Below, one piece after another: positions 43,646 to 57,394 of a stretch of 64,000 nucleotides of DNA. Origin of the DNA: Eledone cirrhosa (lineage: Eukaryota); NCBI GenBank assembly GCA_964016885.1, contig OZ024752.1, positions 47,492,001 through 47,556,000 on the forward strand, given 5' to 3'. Position 1 is the stretch's first letter. Each line of letters begins with the position of its first letter. Both the position numbers and the translations under genes were made by a program. The notes beneath the pieces are model-generated. The model was not told where the DNA came from and ran no database searches. It was given only the letters and a program-made list of their open reading frames with translations.

Positions 43646-43806
43646 CATACACACACACACACACATATATATATATACACACACACATATACATATATAT
43701 ATACACACACATGCGTATACACATACATATATACATATATACACACATGCGTATACAAACACACATATATATATACAAACACATATACACACACACATAC
43801 ATATAT

Positions 43807-43881
<75 letters not shown>

Positions 43882-44992
43882 CACTTATATACACAGGGAT
43901 TATCAGTAGTAGTGTAGTAGCTGTTGTGACAGAGTGGAAAAAATGGTCAGTGGGTTTGGCTGGGGGAACGAAGGTGAGAAGTGAGCTGGATAGAGAGAGA
44001 CATTCTCCCCCATCACACACTTTTCCCAATATAATCCTCTCACCCATCTGGAAAACAATGACAACGTTACAATTGACACATATATTTTTTTATGATCTGC
44101 AATAAATGCAATAGGCTTTTAATTGACAATTTCCCACAATTCCATAGTGCCCGCACCTCTCTTCTAGATCTTCAAAAACATCTTGTTGTTGTTGTTGTTA
44201 CTGTCATTGTCGTTGTTGTTAGCGTTGTTGTTGTTATTGTTGTTGTTATTGTTGTTTTTGTTAGTGGTGTTGTTGTTAGTGTTATTGTTGTTGTTGTTAT
44301 TGTTGTTGTTATTGTTGTTGTTATTGTTGTTTTTGTTAGTGTTGTTGTTGTTGTTATTGTTGTTTTTGTTAGTGTCGTTGTTGTTAGTGTTGTTGTTGTT
44401 ATTGTTGTTGTTATTGTTGTTTTTGTTAGTGTTGTTGTTGTTGTTATTGTTGTTTTTGTTAGTGTTGTTGTTGTTAGTGTTATTGTTGTTGTTGTTATTG
44501 TTGTTGTTGTTACTGTCATTGCTGCTGTAATTGTTATTATTGTTGCTGTAGAGTTGTTGGTTCTTCTTTTTCTTCTTCTTCGTCTTCTTCTTCATTGTCT
44601 TCTTCTCCTCCTACTCCGTTGTCTTCTCCTCCCCCATCTCCTCCTCCTCCTCTAGATGCTGCCAACGTCTCTCACCCCACCCCACAAAAAAAAAAGAAAA
44701 TCTAATATCACCCACTTTCACTCAATGATCTCAGATATACCCCCCCCCCCCCTGACAGACATAATCACATGACACTTCCTGATTCCAGCCATCACACCAT
44801 CAAACCACCACCACCACCACCATCACACCATCAAACCACCACCACCACCACTACCGCCACCACCACCACCACCACCACCACCACCACCACCGCCACCGCC
44901 ATCTCCCATGTCCACCACTTTCTAATCTATGTTTTGTCTGGGCTGTAAATGTGACAGAAGATGGAAATAAATCCTAACATCTGGGCTACAAG

Positions 44993-45073
<81 letters not shown>

Positions 45074-46189
45074 CATGTATATATACACGCGCACACATGT
45101 ATTATATATATATACACTAAGAAGGATGCTAAGCAGTCGAATTGTATGATAAATGGTATATCTGTATATATACAGACTGAGTAACCGAGACTGCATCAAG
45201 GTGTATATAAATACACACATCTTAAATATGTATACTTGAAAACATGCTTGAAAATATGAATTTTCAAGCAAACTGAAAAAAATGAACACTTTTAAACAAT
45301 CTTGAGAGTTATTTGGTTGCTTGAATCTTTCTTGAATCTTTCTTGAATCTTCAGATAAAAGTTTCTCAGGTGTTTTAATGACATGGACCCAAGTCTTGTC
45401 ATGAAAACCAACATGAAATGAAGTGCCTTGTCTTCTTGTCTCATGGACACAGTGTACTACCTGGTCTAAGAATCGAATCAAATCCACAACCTTATTATCA
45501 TGAGTTGAACACTCTAACCACTAAGCCATTTGTAATACACCAGGCGGTGATATTAAAGCAGGTGATAGATTAGTTTTACTGCTCAAGTAGTAACTCACAG
45601 CACAATTTGAACTTTAATACTGTCGGAAGATATCTTATTTGATGCTTTAACAGTTGAACTACTCCACCAGTCAGGATTGATACCTTATATTTATAGAATC
45701 CCTCACCACTCATTGGAATTCTTTTATGTAAGATTATAAAGAAAACATAGAAAATGAGAGAGTGTCAAATGTTTGAAATGATCAATGATCAACAATGAAT
45801 CCATTAGATGGAATATTCCTCCTGCTTATAGTCAATAATAACAAAAATAACAGTCAGACATGCCATTATATCCATGGCCAGCCTGTCTGTCGGCAACTCA
45901 AATATTTTGGGAAGACTTTCTTTATTGTATTCAAACAGCCAACAACACATTGGCTACAAAATGGCTGGTAAATATTTGTAACAACTACTAATTAATTAAT
46001 TAATAAATTAATGTTTAAAGAAACTAAATGTTGAAATGATGAAGAAATCTTAAACAATTAGTGAAGGGAAAATGTTTAGTTGTTCAAAGGCAGAAATCAT
46101 AAAATATTTCCATTTTAAAATGTCTACTAAAATATATCCATATTAGAATGTATACAATAGGTCAGTATGTTGTTTTAGATGTGAAGGAG

Positions 46190-46237
<48 letters not shown>

Positions 46238-46467
46238 ATCTATATTAAAACTATATATATATGAAAAAGTATGACCCCGACGGCAGAGCTCAAGCCGTTT
46301 CGACGGCTATTTCTGGACTAGAAATAGCCGTCGAAATGGCTTGAGCTCTGCTGTTGGCGTCATACTTTTTCCTATTTCCTACTCTATTACCCTAAGTATT
46401 GAGTACTCTGGTGCGTTATGGTCCATCTGGTTTCTTACCACAATTCCTTTGTTATATATATATATAT

Positions 46468-46701
46468 GGTAAATTTCTTTAAGTCATTTGGAAGCCTCGA
46501 CAATGCAGATGGGTAAATCTCTGGTGGTGGAGAGAGAGATGTAAGTGGGTGTACGTTGAGATGCATGGCGTGTATAAGACTGTAGCGTGTAGAGGATCTT
46601 GTTACCCAGAGATTTACCCATCTGCATTGTCGAGGCTTCCAAACGACTTAAAGAAATTTACCTTATTATTCCACAATGCTTCAAGCAAACTTCAATACTC
46701 T

Positions 46702-46705
<4 letters not shown>
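46468..46705. mobile_element. (TA)n-embedded element with 57-bp inverted arms
   Basis: 46468-46524 is the reverse complement of about 46606-46662. A tail extends to the TA tract. No hammerhead core seen. Confidence 0.65.
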
Positions 46706-46753
<48 letters not shown>

Positions 46754-46812
46754 CGCATATATATATATATATATAATATATAAGATCAAAAGATGGTTAA
46801 AAGAGTTCCACG

Positions 46813-46884
46813 TATTTTATTATGCGCATTTCAAAAATTAAATATCATCATGGAATAACATTTGCGTTTTCGTCAGATAAAATA
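46813..46884 (-). ncRNA. Hammerhead family F copy (CUGACGA)
   Basis: Minus strand: UAUUUUAU-CUGACGA-long stem II-GAA-AUGCGCAU-A/AUAAAAUA. Confidence 0.75.
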
Positions 46885-47027
46885 GGGAGACATGATATGA
46901 AGGTTAAAACACACTTGTGAATAGTGCAGTTTTAAATCAACATATTATTGTACTACAATAAAACTCACCTCCTACATATATATATACGATATTAAACAAA
47001 TGGAAACTATATTTATAAAACCATATT

Positions 47028-47093
47028 TATTTCATTATACATATTTCGGGGATACCATATTAAAAATATGGCATGCCTTCGTCAGATAAAATA
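47028..47093 (-). ncRNA. Hammerhead family E copy (CUGACGA) inside element 46985-47347
   Basis: Minus strand: UAUUUUAU-CUGACGA-AGGCAUGCCAUAUU(UUU)AAUAUGGUAUCCCC-GAA-AUAUGUAU-A/AUGAAAUA. Confidence 0.75.
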
Positions 47094-47346
47094 CAATATA
47101 TAAACAGTTTTATAAATAATTTTGACGTACCATAAATATGAGCGACCATTATGTAGGAAGCTGGTTTGGTAGTGAAGTGTTTATAAATATTTAGTGTTAA
47201 GCACAGTTATAAAGAAAGACGGAGAAAAAGAAGAAATGTATGTAAAGTTTTTGGAGTATATCTACTCCAAAAACTTGTCGAGCGCTTTATATCAGTTATA
47301 AAATATTTACTTGTTGTAACCCAACAATTTTAAATAAAACTTTTGC

Positions 47347-47401
<55 letters not shown>

Positions 47402-47761
47402 GTATGAATATATGATAGGTGACACTGCTTTTGTATATGTGAATCTAAACATTTTGTGATGTCTATTGAATTTCTTTTTATATATATTAGTTCAATGATC
47501 TCCAATTCATCTTTCTCCTTCTATAACACACACTCACACACAAACACACACATATAACACACACAAATACACACACATATAACAAAAGTTGACTGTTTTC
47601 TGAAACATATTTCACTGATCACTGCCTGTTCAGTGTGACACTTTAAGTAATGGATCACTAATCAACTGTAGCAATAAACAAAATATATATTTACTCTTCT
47701 ACTACACATATTGAGTTCTCTTTATTTTGATCCTGTCACTAATTGCAAACACAATACAATA

Positions 47762-47817
<56 letters not shown>

Positions 47818-47843
47818 TATATATATGTATACATATATATATG

Positions 47844-47874
<31 letters not shown>

Positions 47875-48064
47875 GTATATATATATATGTATATATATAT
47901 GTATATATATATGTATATATATATGTATATATATGTGTATATATATATATACATATATGTGTATATATATATATACATATATACATATATATATGTATAT
48001 ATATATACATACATATATACATTTATATATATGTATATATATATACATATATATACATATATAC

Positions 48065-48095
<31 letters not shown>

Positions 48096-48120
48096 TATAT
48101 ACATATATATACATATATAC

Positions 48121-48153
<33 letters not shown>

Positions 48154-49494
48154 TATGCATATATATATATATATACATATATATATGCATATATACATAT
48201 ACATATACATATATATATACATACATATATATATATATAAATATATATATGCACATATATATACATATACACATATACATACATATATTACATATATATA
48301 TACATATATATATATATATACATATATATACATATATACACATATATATATATACATATATATATATATAGAAACACACACACACATATATATAGTCAGT
48401 AGTATTTCTGTGTTTGTTGGTAAGCATGGGCAGCTATAAGAAGTAATGAGTTCAAGTGTGAACTGAACTGAGAAGTAAATATATGTGCAGTGTGTTGTTT
48501 GTATTAACTGTGTGATAAAAGTAAGGACTAAGCACATATTAGTCTTCTATGCGTACGTGTGCGACTAATTTTATAGAAGATGAAGTAAAAATAAAATTTT
48601 AAAAAAAAAAAAAAAATAGTGTAATATTAAACATTTTCATAAATGTTATTTTTTTTTCAGATTTTTTTTCTTCAGATTTACCAAATTTAATTTGGTTGAA
48701 CCATGGAGTATGTGTAAATATATTATATTTTACCTGTATTGACAGTTCAATGTGTAGAAAAAAAATTCAAATATTTGCTCAAGTTTGAGGAGTGAAATAT
48801 CAAAATTTATGAAAAAAGTCCCCGTGTTTTCCAGTTTATAAGTTGCCCATTTTTGTTATCTTCAAATTTCATGTCATCTACACATGGAAGGTATAAAAAT
48901 AATAATGTATATTACAATAAAAGCACTGTCTGTCTATCTGTCAGTCTGTTTGTCAGTCTGTTTGTCAGTCCATCCGTCCATCATGTTCGTTATTTCAACT
49001 CTGAATGTAAAGAGTTCTCAACAAAATACCACAAAGTATTGGGTTGTCAAGTATGAAATTTGTAGAGATTTGTTTTTTTCCTACAAAATTCTACAAATTT
49101 CATACTTGACGACCCAATATTTTGTCTGACTCTAATGATTCTGCCAATAATAAAATAATATGAATACAAAACAAGCCAAACAAGGTTTAGTATTCCTGCC
49201 AACCCTTACCTATGGTTATAAATCTTCGGTAATGATCAAAAGAACATGGATCATGAATACAAGCAGCCGAAATGGGGTTCCTCCGAAAGGTCTTTGGAGT
49301 AACGTTACTCCCAAAACAGCATAGCTCAGAGATCAGATTTGTTTGTAAGTTTGGCATATTGGCCATAACATATCTTAACCCTTTGATACCAAACTGCCTG
49401 AAACTGGCCCTGATTCTATGATGTAAAGCTGTTTATTTTAACGTCTTTATATTTACATAAAAAATCTTCCAGCATAATTTTATGCAAGACCCTT

Positions 49495-50390
49495 TCATCA
49501 TCATCATCATCATCATCCAGTGGCCTCAGCTGAAATGGACTCAACTATTGATCTCCACGTGGGTCTGTCGTTCATTGCTGTTGCCAACTCCTGGATTTCA
49601 ATACCAGAATCTCTGGAGATGACATCGGGATAGGAGAGCTTGTGCCCCCTGTTATTAGTGACTGCTTGTGGTTTCCAAAGCACTAATGGGGACACAGCCT
49701 CATAGGTGGCACGATGGCAGTGGCCAGCAAATCAGGATAGGAGAGCTTGTGACCCCTGTTATTAGTGACTGCTTGTGGTTTCCAAAGCACTAATGGGGAC
49801 ACAGCCTCATAGGTGGCACGATGGCAGTGGCCAGCAAATCAGGATAGGAGAGCTTGTGCCCCCTGTTATTAGTGACTGCTTGTGGTTTCCAAAGCACTAA
49901 TGGGGACACAGCCTCATAGGTGGCACGATGGCAGTGGCCAGCAAATCACGATAGGAGAGCTTGTGACTCCTGTTATTAGTGACAGCTTGTGGTTTCCAAA
50001 GCACTAATGGGGACACAGCCTCATAGGTGGCATGATGGCAGTGGCCAGCAAATCAGGATAGGAGAGCTTGTGACCCCTGTTATTAGTGACTGCTTGTGGT
50101 TTCCAAAGCACTAATGGGGACACAGCCTCATAGGTGGCACGATGGCAGTGGCCAGCAAATCGGGATAGGAGAGCTTGTGCCCCCTGTTATTAGTGACTGC
50201 TTGTGGTTTCCAAAGCACTAATGGGGACACAGCCTCATAGGTGGCACGATGGCAGTGGCCAGCAAATCGGGATAGGAGAGCTTGTGCCCCCTGTTATTAG
50301 TGACTGCTTGTGGTTTCCAAAGCACTAATGGGGACACAGCCTCATAGGTGGCACGATGGCAGTGGCCAGCAAATCTTACTCTCCTTATGT
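49495..50390 (-). mobile_element. RTE-like LINE 3' end with 7 x 107-bp tandem repeat, nested in MITE M2
   Basis: Reads RRVRFAGHCHRATYEAVSPLVLWKP..RGHKLSYPDVISRDSG..AMNDRPTWRSIV and ends in a (TGA)n tail. GGATAGG at 49628, 49735 and 49842. Confidence 0.85.
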
Positions 50391-51660
50391 TATGTTTCAA
50401 TGAATATCTCGATAATCAGAAAGTTAAGTTTTATTACTAAATCCTTTCAAATTCCTTATTATTTTCAATATTGTTTGAAAAACATAGGTAGCATCTTTCA
50501 TCAGAAATATGGCAATGAAAGGGTCAAAATAGGTTGGACATCCATCATTCATTTACCTATGCTGTGCTAAATTTAGGACAAATGAGGCCCTGTGTTAGTT
50601 AAGTTATGAGGTTCCAAACATTTGAAAAAGTCATTGTAAAAATTGGGGGGGGGGGGGGGGGGAGGAAGAGAAGATGCCCCCCTCCCCCCTGGCCAATGGG
50701 GCCCTGTGCTTAAGCACACCTAAGCACAATAGTAAATCCAGCACTGTACCTATGTACCATTTCCTATGGGATAATATTTATTGAAACAGTCATTGAAAAA
50801 GGTGTATAATACACTCAAAATCTTAGATACAATATAAAGCTTGGAGGGATCATTTTTGGTATGCTATTAAGGAGGATTTAGAAAGACATGTGAGTTTTGT
50901 ATGAAAAAAACAAAAACAACCTAATTTTAAACTTGCTGACCAGACACAGGGTCGTCTTTTCAATTCAGGAATGCATCAAAGAAAAACTTTCCAATCGAAT
51001 TACATACACCAATGTGTACATATTTAAACAAATTCTTTGGCAAATAAACAAATATACTACAACAAATACACATATGTACACACAAAAAGTGTGATTCATC
51101 CACTTAAAATAGGAAAAAAACAACACCCTCATATTCATCTTTTAAGACTATAATATTGTATAAATTTGCTTGGTATTTTAGTGAGCCAAAGAGTCTGTTT
51201 TAAAAACAAAATGGGATTTATTGTTATTAATTTATTAAAAATAGGGAATTTACTTTAGATTTCATTTATCTATTTATTTACATTGTTTGTCATATTATTA
51301 TTTTATTTAAATTTTTTTTCTTTTAAATGGTAGTGTTGGTGATGTGGGTTGTTACAAATATTTGTTTTTAAGAAAAATTAATATTTTTATATAGAAATTA
51401 TTTATTATCATATATAATATTCTTCTTTATTTTGTTTTCAATTAATTTCCTTTTTTTCACTTATTATTATTATTATTGTTGTTGTTGTATTTATTGTTTG
51501 TTTGCTTAATGCATTTTTACATAATATTTTAAATATAATGATAATTTAAAAAAAATGAAATCTATAAAAATTAAAAACATAACTTATGGACAATACTTAC
51601 ACAGATAGAAACTCTCTCTCTCTCTCTCACGCACATATATACATAGATACACACACACAC

Positions 51661-51691
<31 letters not shown>

Positions 51692-51797
51692 CATACGCAC
51701 ACACATATATATACATACACACACATATATATACATACACACACATATATATACATATACTTACACACACACACACACACACATATATATACATACG

Positions 51798-51829
<32 letters not shown>

Positions 51830-51856
51830 CATACACACACATATATATACATATAC

Positions 51857-51887
<31 letters not shown>

Positions 51888-52183
51888 CATATACATGTAT
51901 TTAAAAATAATAAACCTCATTCGAACACACTGAGGCACAAAAGAAAACACACGCACGTACACACACACAATGAATGAAAGGACAAAACAAAAAACAAAAA
52001 GCAACAACAAAACCCAACACAGCAACAACAACAACAACAACAAAGACAAAAGAAAGAAATAGTCTTCCATGAAAAAAAATAAAGAAACTTTGTTATTAAA
52101 GTTTATTTTAGCCATGAGTCAAATTTAAACTCAAAAACATGTAACTTGTTTATTAATCACTTTTATAATGGATTATAATTTAT

Positions 52184-53500
52184 TAGGGTGTCGGACAACA
52201 TGCTTTGTGGAATGTAGTTAGGGACCTTTATGTTCTGAGTTCATATCCCAACAGGGATAGCTTTGCCTTTTATCCTTACGGCGTTGTTATATTGAGGAAA
52301 TAAAGTACCAGCAATGCGCTTGGGTTAATTTAATTGACTTTCCTCTCCCCTTCAAATTGCTGGACTTGTGTCTATAGTAGAAACCAATGGGGTCGATAAA
52401 ATAAAGTACCAGTAATGCGCTTGGGTTAATTTAATTGACTTTCCTCTCCCCCTTCAAATTGCTGGACTTGTGTCTATAGTAGAAACCAATGGGGTCGATA
52501 AATTAAAGTACCAGTAATGCGCTTGGGTTAATTTAATTGACTTTCCTCTCCCCCTTCAAATTGCTGGACTTGTGTCTATAGTAGAAACCAATGGGGTCGA
52601 TAAATTAAAGTACCAGTAATGCGCTTGGGTTAATTTAATCGACTTTCCTCTCCCCCTTCAAATTGCTGGACTTGTGTCTATAGTAGAAACCAATGGGGTC
52701 GATAAATTAAAGTACCAGTAATGCGCTTGGGTTAATTTAATCGACTTTCCTCTCCCCCTTCAAATTGCTGGACTTGTGTCTATAGTAGAAACCAATGGGG
52801 TCGATAAAATAAAGTACCAGTAATGCACTTGGGTTAATTTAATTGACTTTCCTCTCCCCCTTCAAATTGCTGGACTTGTGTCTATAGTAGAAACCAATGG
52901 GGTCGATAAAGTACCAGTAATGCGCTTGGGTTAATTTAATCGACTTTCCTCTCCCCCTTCAAATTGCTGGACTTGTGTCTATAGTAGAAACCAATGGGGG
53001 TCGATAAAATAAAGTACCAGTAATGCACTTGGGTTAATTTAATCGATTTTCCTCTCCCCCTTCAAATTGCTGGACTTGTGTCTATAGTAGAAACCAATGG
53101 CGTCGATAAATTAAAGTACCAGTAATGCGCTTGGGTTAATTTAATCGACTTTCCTCTCCCCCTTCAAATTGCTGGACTTGTGTCTATAGTAGAAACCAAT
53201 GGGGTCGATAAAATAAAGTACCAGTAATGCACTGGGCAATTGCTGGCCTTGTGCCTAAAGTAGAAACAATTATTATTATTATATAAAAATATAAGGGCGG
53301 TGGATTGGCAGTATCAGTAGGGGGTCGGACGCCATGCTTTGCAGCATAGAGTTACTGCCCTTTACGGTCTGAGTTCAAATCCTTCTAAGGTTAACTTTGC
53401 CTTTCATCCTTACGGGGGTTCGATAAAATAAAGTACCAGTAATACACTGGGATAATTGCTGGCCTTGTGCCAAAAGTAGAAACAATTATTATTATTATAT
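52184..53500 (+). mobile_element. SINE S1 with its 3' half amplified about 9 times (about 102 bp), followed by a full S1 copy (53293-53495)
   Basis: AAAGTACCAG recurs at 52302, 52403, 52505 ... 53215. Confidence 0.9.
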
Positions 53501-53718
53501 AAAAATATAGAAACCCATTGTTTGATTTCGTACCAAAACCACACAAAACCCCATATTTTCTCCAGATAGTGACATCATCATCATCATCATCATCATCATC
53601 ACCCTTTAATGTCTATTTTGGCATGGGTTAGACATATATATATAAATACATGCATAGATAAACACTCTCCACACATACATAGACATATATACACCAATCC
53701 ATCCATCCATTCAATACA

Positions 53719-53748
<30 letters not shown>

Positions 53749-53750
<2 letters not shown>

Positions 53751-53829
53751 CAGGGGGTCCCAAAAATGTATACACACTTTAATTAGAGTGCTGTTGAAGT
53801 GTGTATACATCTTTCGGGGACACCCTGTA
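53749..53829. mobile_element. About 80-bp Tc1/mariner-like MITE with TA flanks; relative at about 41633-41736
   Basis: TA-CAGGGGGTCCCAAAAATGTATACACACTT ... AAGTGTGTATACATCTTTCGGGGACACCCTG-TA. Confidence 0.75.
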
Positions 53830-53911
53830 TATACAACTATATGCACCCTTCACTCATACAAACATACATAAAATGCATGATGAACACTATCTCTCTTGGC
53901 ATGTAGACACA

Positions 53912-53955
<44 letters not shown>

Positions 53956-54850
53956 CACACACACACACACACATGTGCCACCATGCACAAATGTGAAACA
54001 CACACACGCACTTAGGCTACCATACACAAATGTGAAACACACACACACACACATGCTACCATACACAAATGTGAAACGCACACACGCACATGTGCCACCA
54101 TACACAAATGTGTAACACGCACACACACACGTGCTACCATATACATATATGCACACACAAGTACGCATATATGCACCTATACACACGTACACATACACAC
54201 ACACACAAGTACGCATATATGCACCTATACACACGTACACATACACACACAAGTACGCATATATGCACCTATACACACGTACACATACACACACAAGTAC
54301 GCATATATGCACCTATACACACGTACACATACACACACAAGTACGCATATATGCACCTATACACACGTACACATACACACACACAAGGACACAGCAAACC
54401 AACAAAAACAAAGCCCCAAAAAACAAACTAAATGAAATATGACTAAATTCTAATGGTCATTTAGATGTTTGTATTTTTTGCCCATTTTTCTTCTCATTTT
54501 CTTCGTTGTTTTCCAATTTCCACCCCCCCCACCACCCATTGCTCCTCCAATTCATTATGCAATTTTAATTAGTTATTCGTCACAAGATCTTTTAATCAAG
54601 TATTAATGCAATGCTAATTCAAATTGTATTTTTACGCAGCTACCATTCCAGTAAACTGACCAACAAAAGCAGATTGTTTCATCAGTTTATTCTATTACTG
54701 GTTTAAATCATTAGACTGTGGCCATGCTGGGGCACTACCTTCTTTTACTGGTTTTCAGTCATTAGACTGCGGCCATGCTGGAGCACTACTTGGATTTCAG
54801 CTTTCAAATCAACCGAGTACTTATATTTTCAAGTGTGGTACTTATTTTAT

Positions 54851-55030
54851 TACCGTATTTCCTGGCGGCGAAGACACTTCGTCCTCGAGGATGCACCACC
54901 CTAATTTTGAAAACCAAAAATTTGAAAAAAAAAAATAATAAACAACCTTCGGCCTCCAGGATGCATGGTGGATATTTTTAGACTTATTTTAAGAAAAAAG
55001 TAGCATCTTTGATGCTTGGAAATTTGGTTA
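54851..55030. mobile_element. Degenerate pogo/Tigger-like MITE
   Basis: Starts TACCGTATTTCC and ends with degenerate GGAAATTTGGT. Confidence 0.4.
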
Positions 55031-55735
55031 ATCTCTTTTTGTGTCGGTCAAACCACTAAGTTACAGGAAATAAACACAGTCAAGCAAGACACGGTCACCT
55101 GACCTGGCATTGTCCACAACATGACAACCTGTCTAACCCATGCTAGCGTGGAAGAATGGTCGTAAAACAGTGATAATGATGATGCTAATGATGAAGCATA
55201 TCTGCACACACACACATATGATATATTAAAAACATTCAGGGTGCATTTTATTTAGAATTTTTACAAATGCTCAATATGTAAATAACTTTATAAAAATCAT
55301 AAAAGAGAATAAAGCCTTCTATTCAGACACATATTGTACAAATTACCACATGATTCTATGGTCATTTGTTTAAAAAATATAGACTTTTTTATACACCCTG
55401 TATATATACATACGATGATGATGATATATACAAAAAATTTGCAGACTTCAAATAGAGGGTGGGAGACACAATAACTATATATACATATATATAATTTGCA
55501 GAATTTATATAGAGGGTGGGAAACACAATAACCTTTTATACATCCTGTATATATATATCAAATTAAAAAACAGAATTAAAGAACACATTACTGATTTATA
55601 AAGAGCCCAGAATCTATTCCTTGAGCTCATTAAATTACAGGAGATTAAAGACTCACGTTAATCCCCTGTAATTTAATGAGCTCAAAGAATAGATTCTGGG
55701 CTCTTTATAAATCAGTAATGTGTACTTCTCTCTAT

Positions 55736-56029
55736 CTAAAAAAGTCTAAAGTCTGTCTTAAGCCAGAAGGCTCATTTGGCCGGTGCTTTTCCCAGTTTCA
55801 TGGCGTGAAGTGACTGAGAGTACAAGACTCCCCCCTGGACAGGACGCCAGTCCATCGCAGGGTTAAACCTCCAGTTATTGGTGGTACTCATTTTCAGCTG
55901 AGTAAACTGGAGCAACGTGAAATAAAGTGTCTTGTTCAAGGAAACAACACATCACCCGGTCCGAGAATTGAACTCACAACCTTTCGATTGCAAGTCCAAT
56001 GCTCTAACCACTAAGCCATGTGCCTTCAC
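55736..56029 (-). mobile_element. SINE with S2 head but a different 3' half; 12-bp target-site duplication
   Basis: ACTTCTCTCTAT at 55724-55735 and 56030-56041. The head matches S2 up to CTCAGCTG, then continues CCCTGCGATGGACTGGCGTCCTGTCCAGGG. Confidence 0.85.
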
Positions 56030-56771
56030 ACTTCTCTCTATATACTGAAAATCCAAAGCGGGTTCAATAAAGATAAATATATATCAAATATATAAGAACC
56101 CTAGAGCAAATATTTATAAAAAAAAAAAATAACAGATCAAGGGTGAAAGCAGCAATTCTTTGCTTAAACTTTAATCTGTTATTTTAATGAATATATATAT
56201 ATAGGGTTAGGTTCACCATAATATTTTAGGTGATTAGGGCCTCGAAAGGATTTAATCCAGCCCTGGGCTATACAGTGGGATCAAACTTGAACCTCATGAT
56301 TGTGAATCAATCTCTTTAACTACTCGACTCTTCTGTGTCTATTTCTGAACAGCACGTGACTATTACTTAACAACCTGAAACTATTACTTAGCAGCATGTA
56401 ATTAATAGTTAACAGTAATTATTGACTCAACACTAATGTTTGCAGTATTTATTTAGAAATTTACTATAAAACATATAAAAACAACATCCATTCTATTGCT
56501 TTATTTGACTAGTAATTAATTTAAAGTAGTTACAGTTAATGGATTAATTCTAGTCCTTTTTGAGATGGGAAAAAACTAGCTTTAACTGAAAATCATAATT
56601 AAGCTCTAGCTTTCACTCAGTGGGAGAAGAACCAGTATGAATTCCTTAACCCTTTTGATACGAAAGCACCTGAAACTCCTCCTCGTTCTTCAATAAAAAG
56701 CTGCTTATTTTAAATTGTTTATACTTATTTAAAAGAAAAACAACCCCACATCATAATTTTATATAAGAACA

Positions 56772-57165
56772 TAATTGTTTATACTTTTGGCACAAGGCCA
56801 GCAATTACCTAGTTCATTACTGGTACTTTTATTTTATCGACCCCGTAAGGATTAAAAGGCAAAGTCAACCTCGGCGGGATTTGAACTCAGAATGGCAAGG
56901 GCCGTAACTCTATGCGTCAAAGCATGGCGTCCGACCCTCTACCGATACTGCTAATCCACCGCCATTAAAAATAATTGTTTCTACTTTTTGGCACAAGGCC
57001 AGCAATTACCCAGTTCATTACTGGTACTTTATTTTATTGACCCCGTAAGGATTAAAAGGAAAAGTCAACCTCGGTGGGATTTGAACTCAGAATGGCAAGG
57101 GCCGTAACTCTATGCGTCAAAGCATGGCGTCCGTCCCTCTACCGATACTGCCAATCCACCGCCAA
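56772..57165 (-). mobile_element. SINE S1 dimer with 16-bp target-site duplication, nested in MITE M2
   Basis: TATATAAGAACATAAT at 56760-56775 and 57166-57181. Confidence 0.9.
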
Positions 57166-57394
57166 TATATAAGAACATAATACAAAACAACGAGGAAGTT
57201 AGTTGTTTTACAGAATCCTTCAAAATTCTTAATTTTCAATATGACTCGAAAATTATAGACAGAGGTTTTTTTTCATTAAGGATATGTTAACGAAAGGGTT
57301 AAAAGAGTTCAAGTTATTAAAATGGCAGTGGCATTGGAATACAGGGTAATAGTGTCGTGTAATCTCCAAACTGACAATAGGAGTTGTGTAATTT

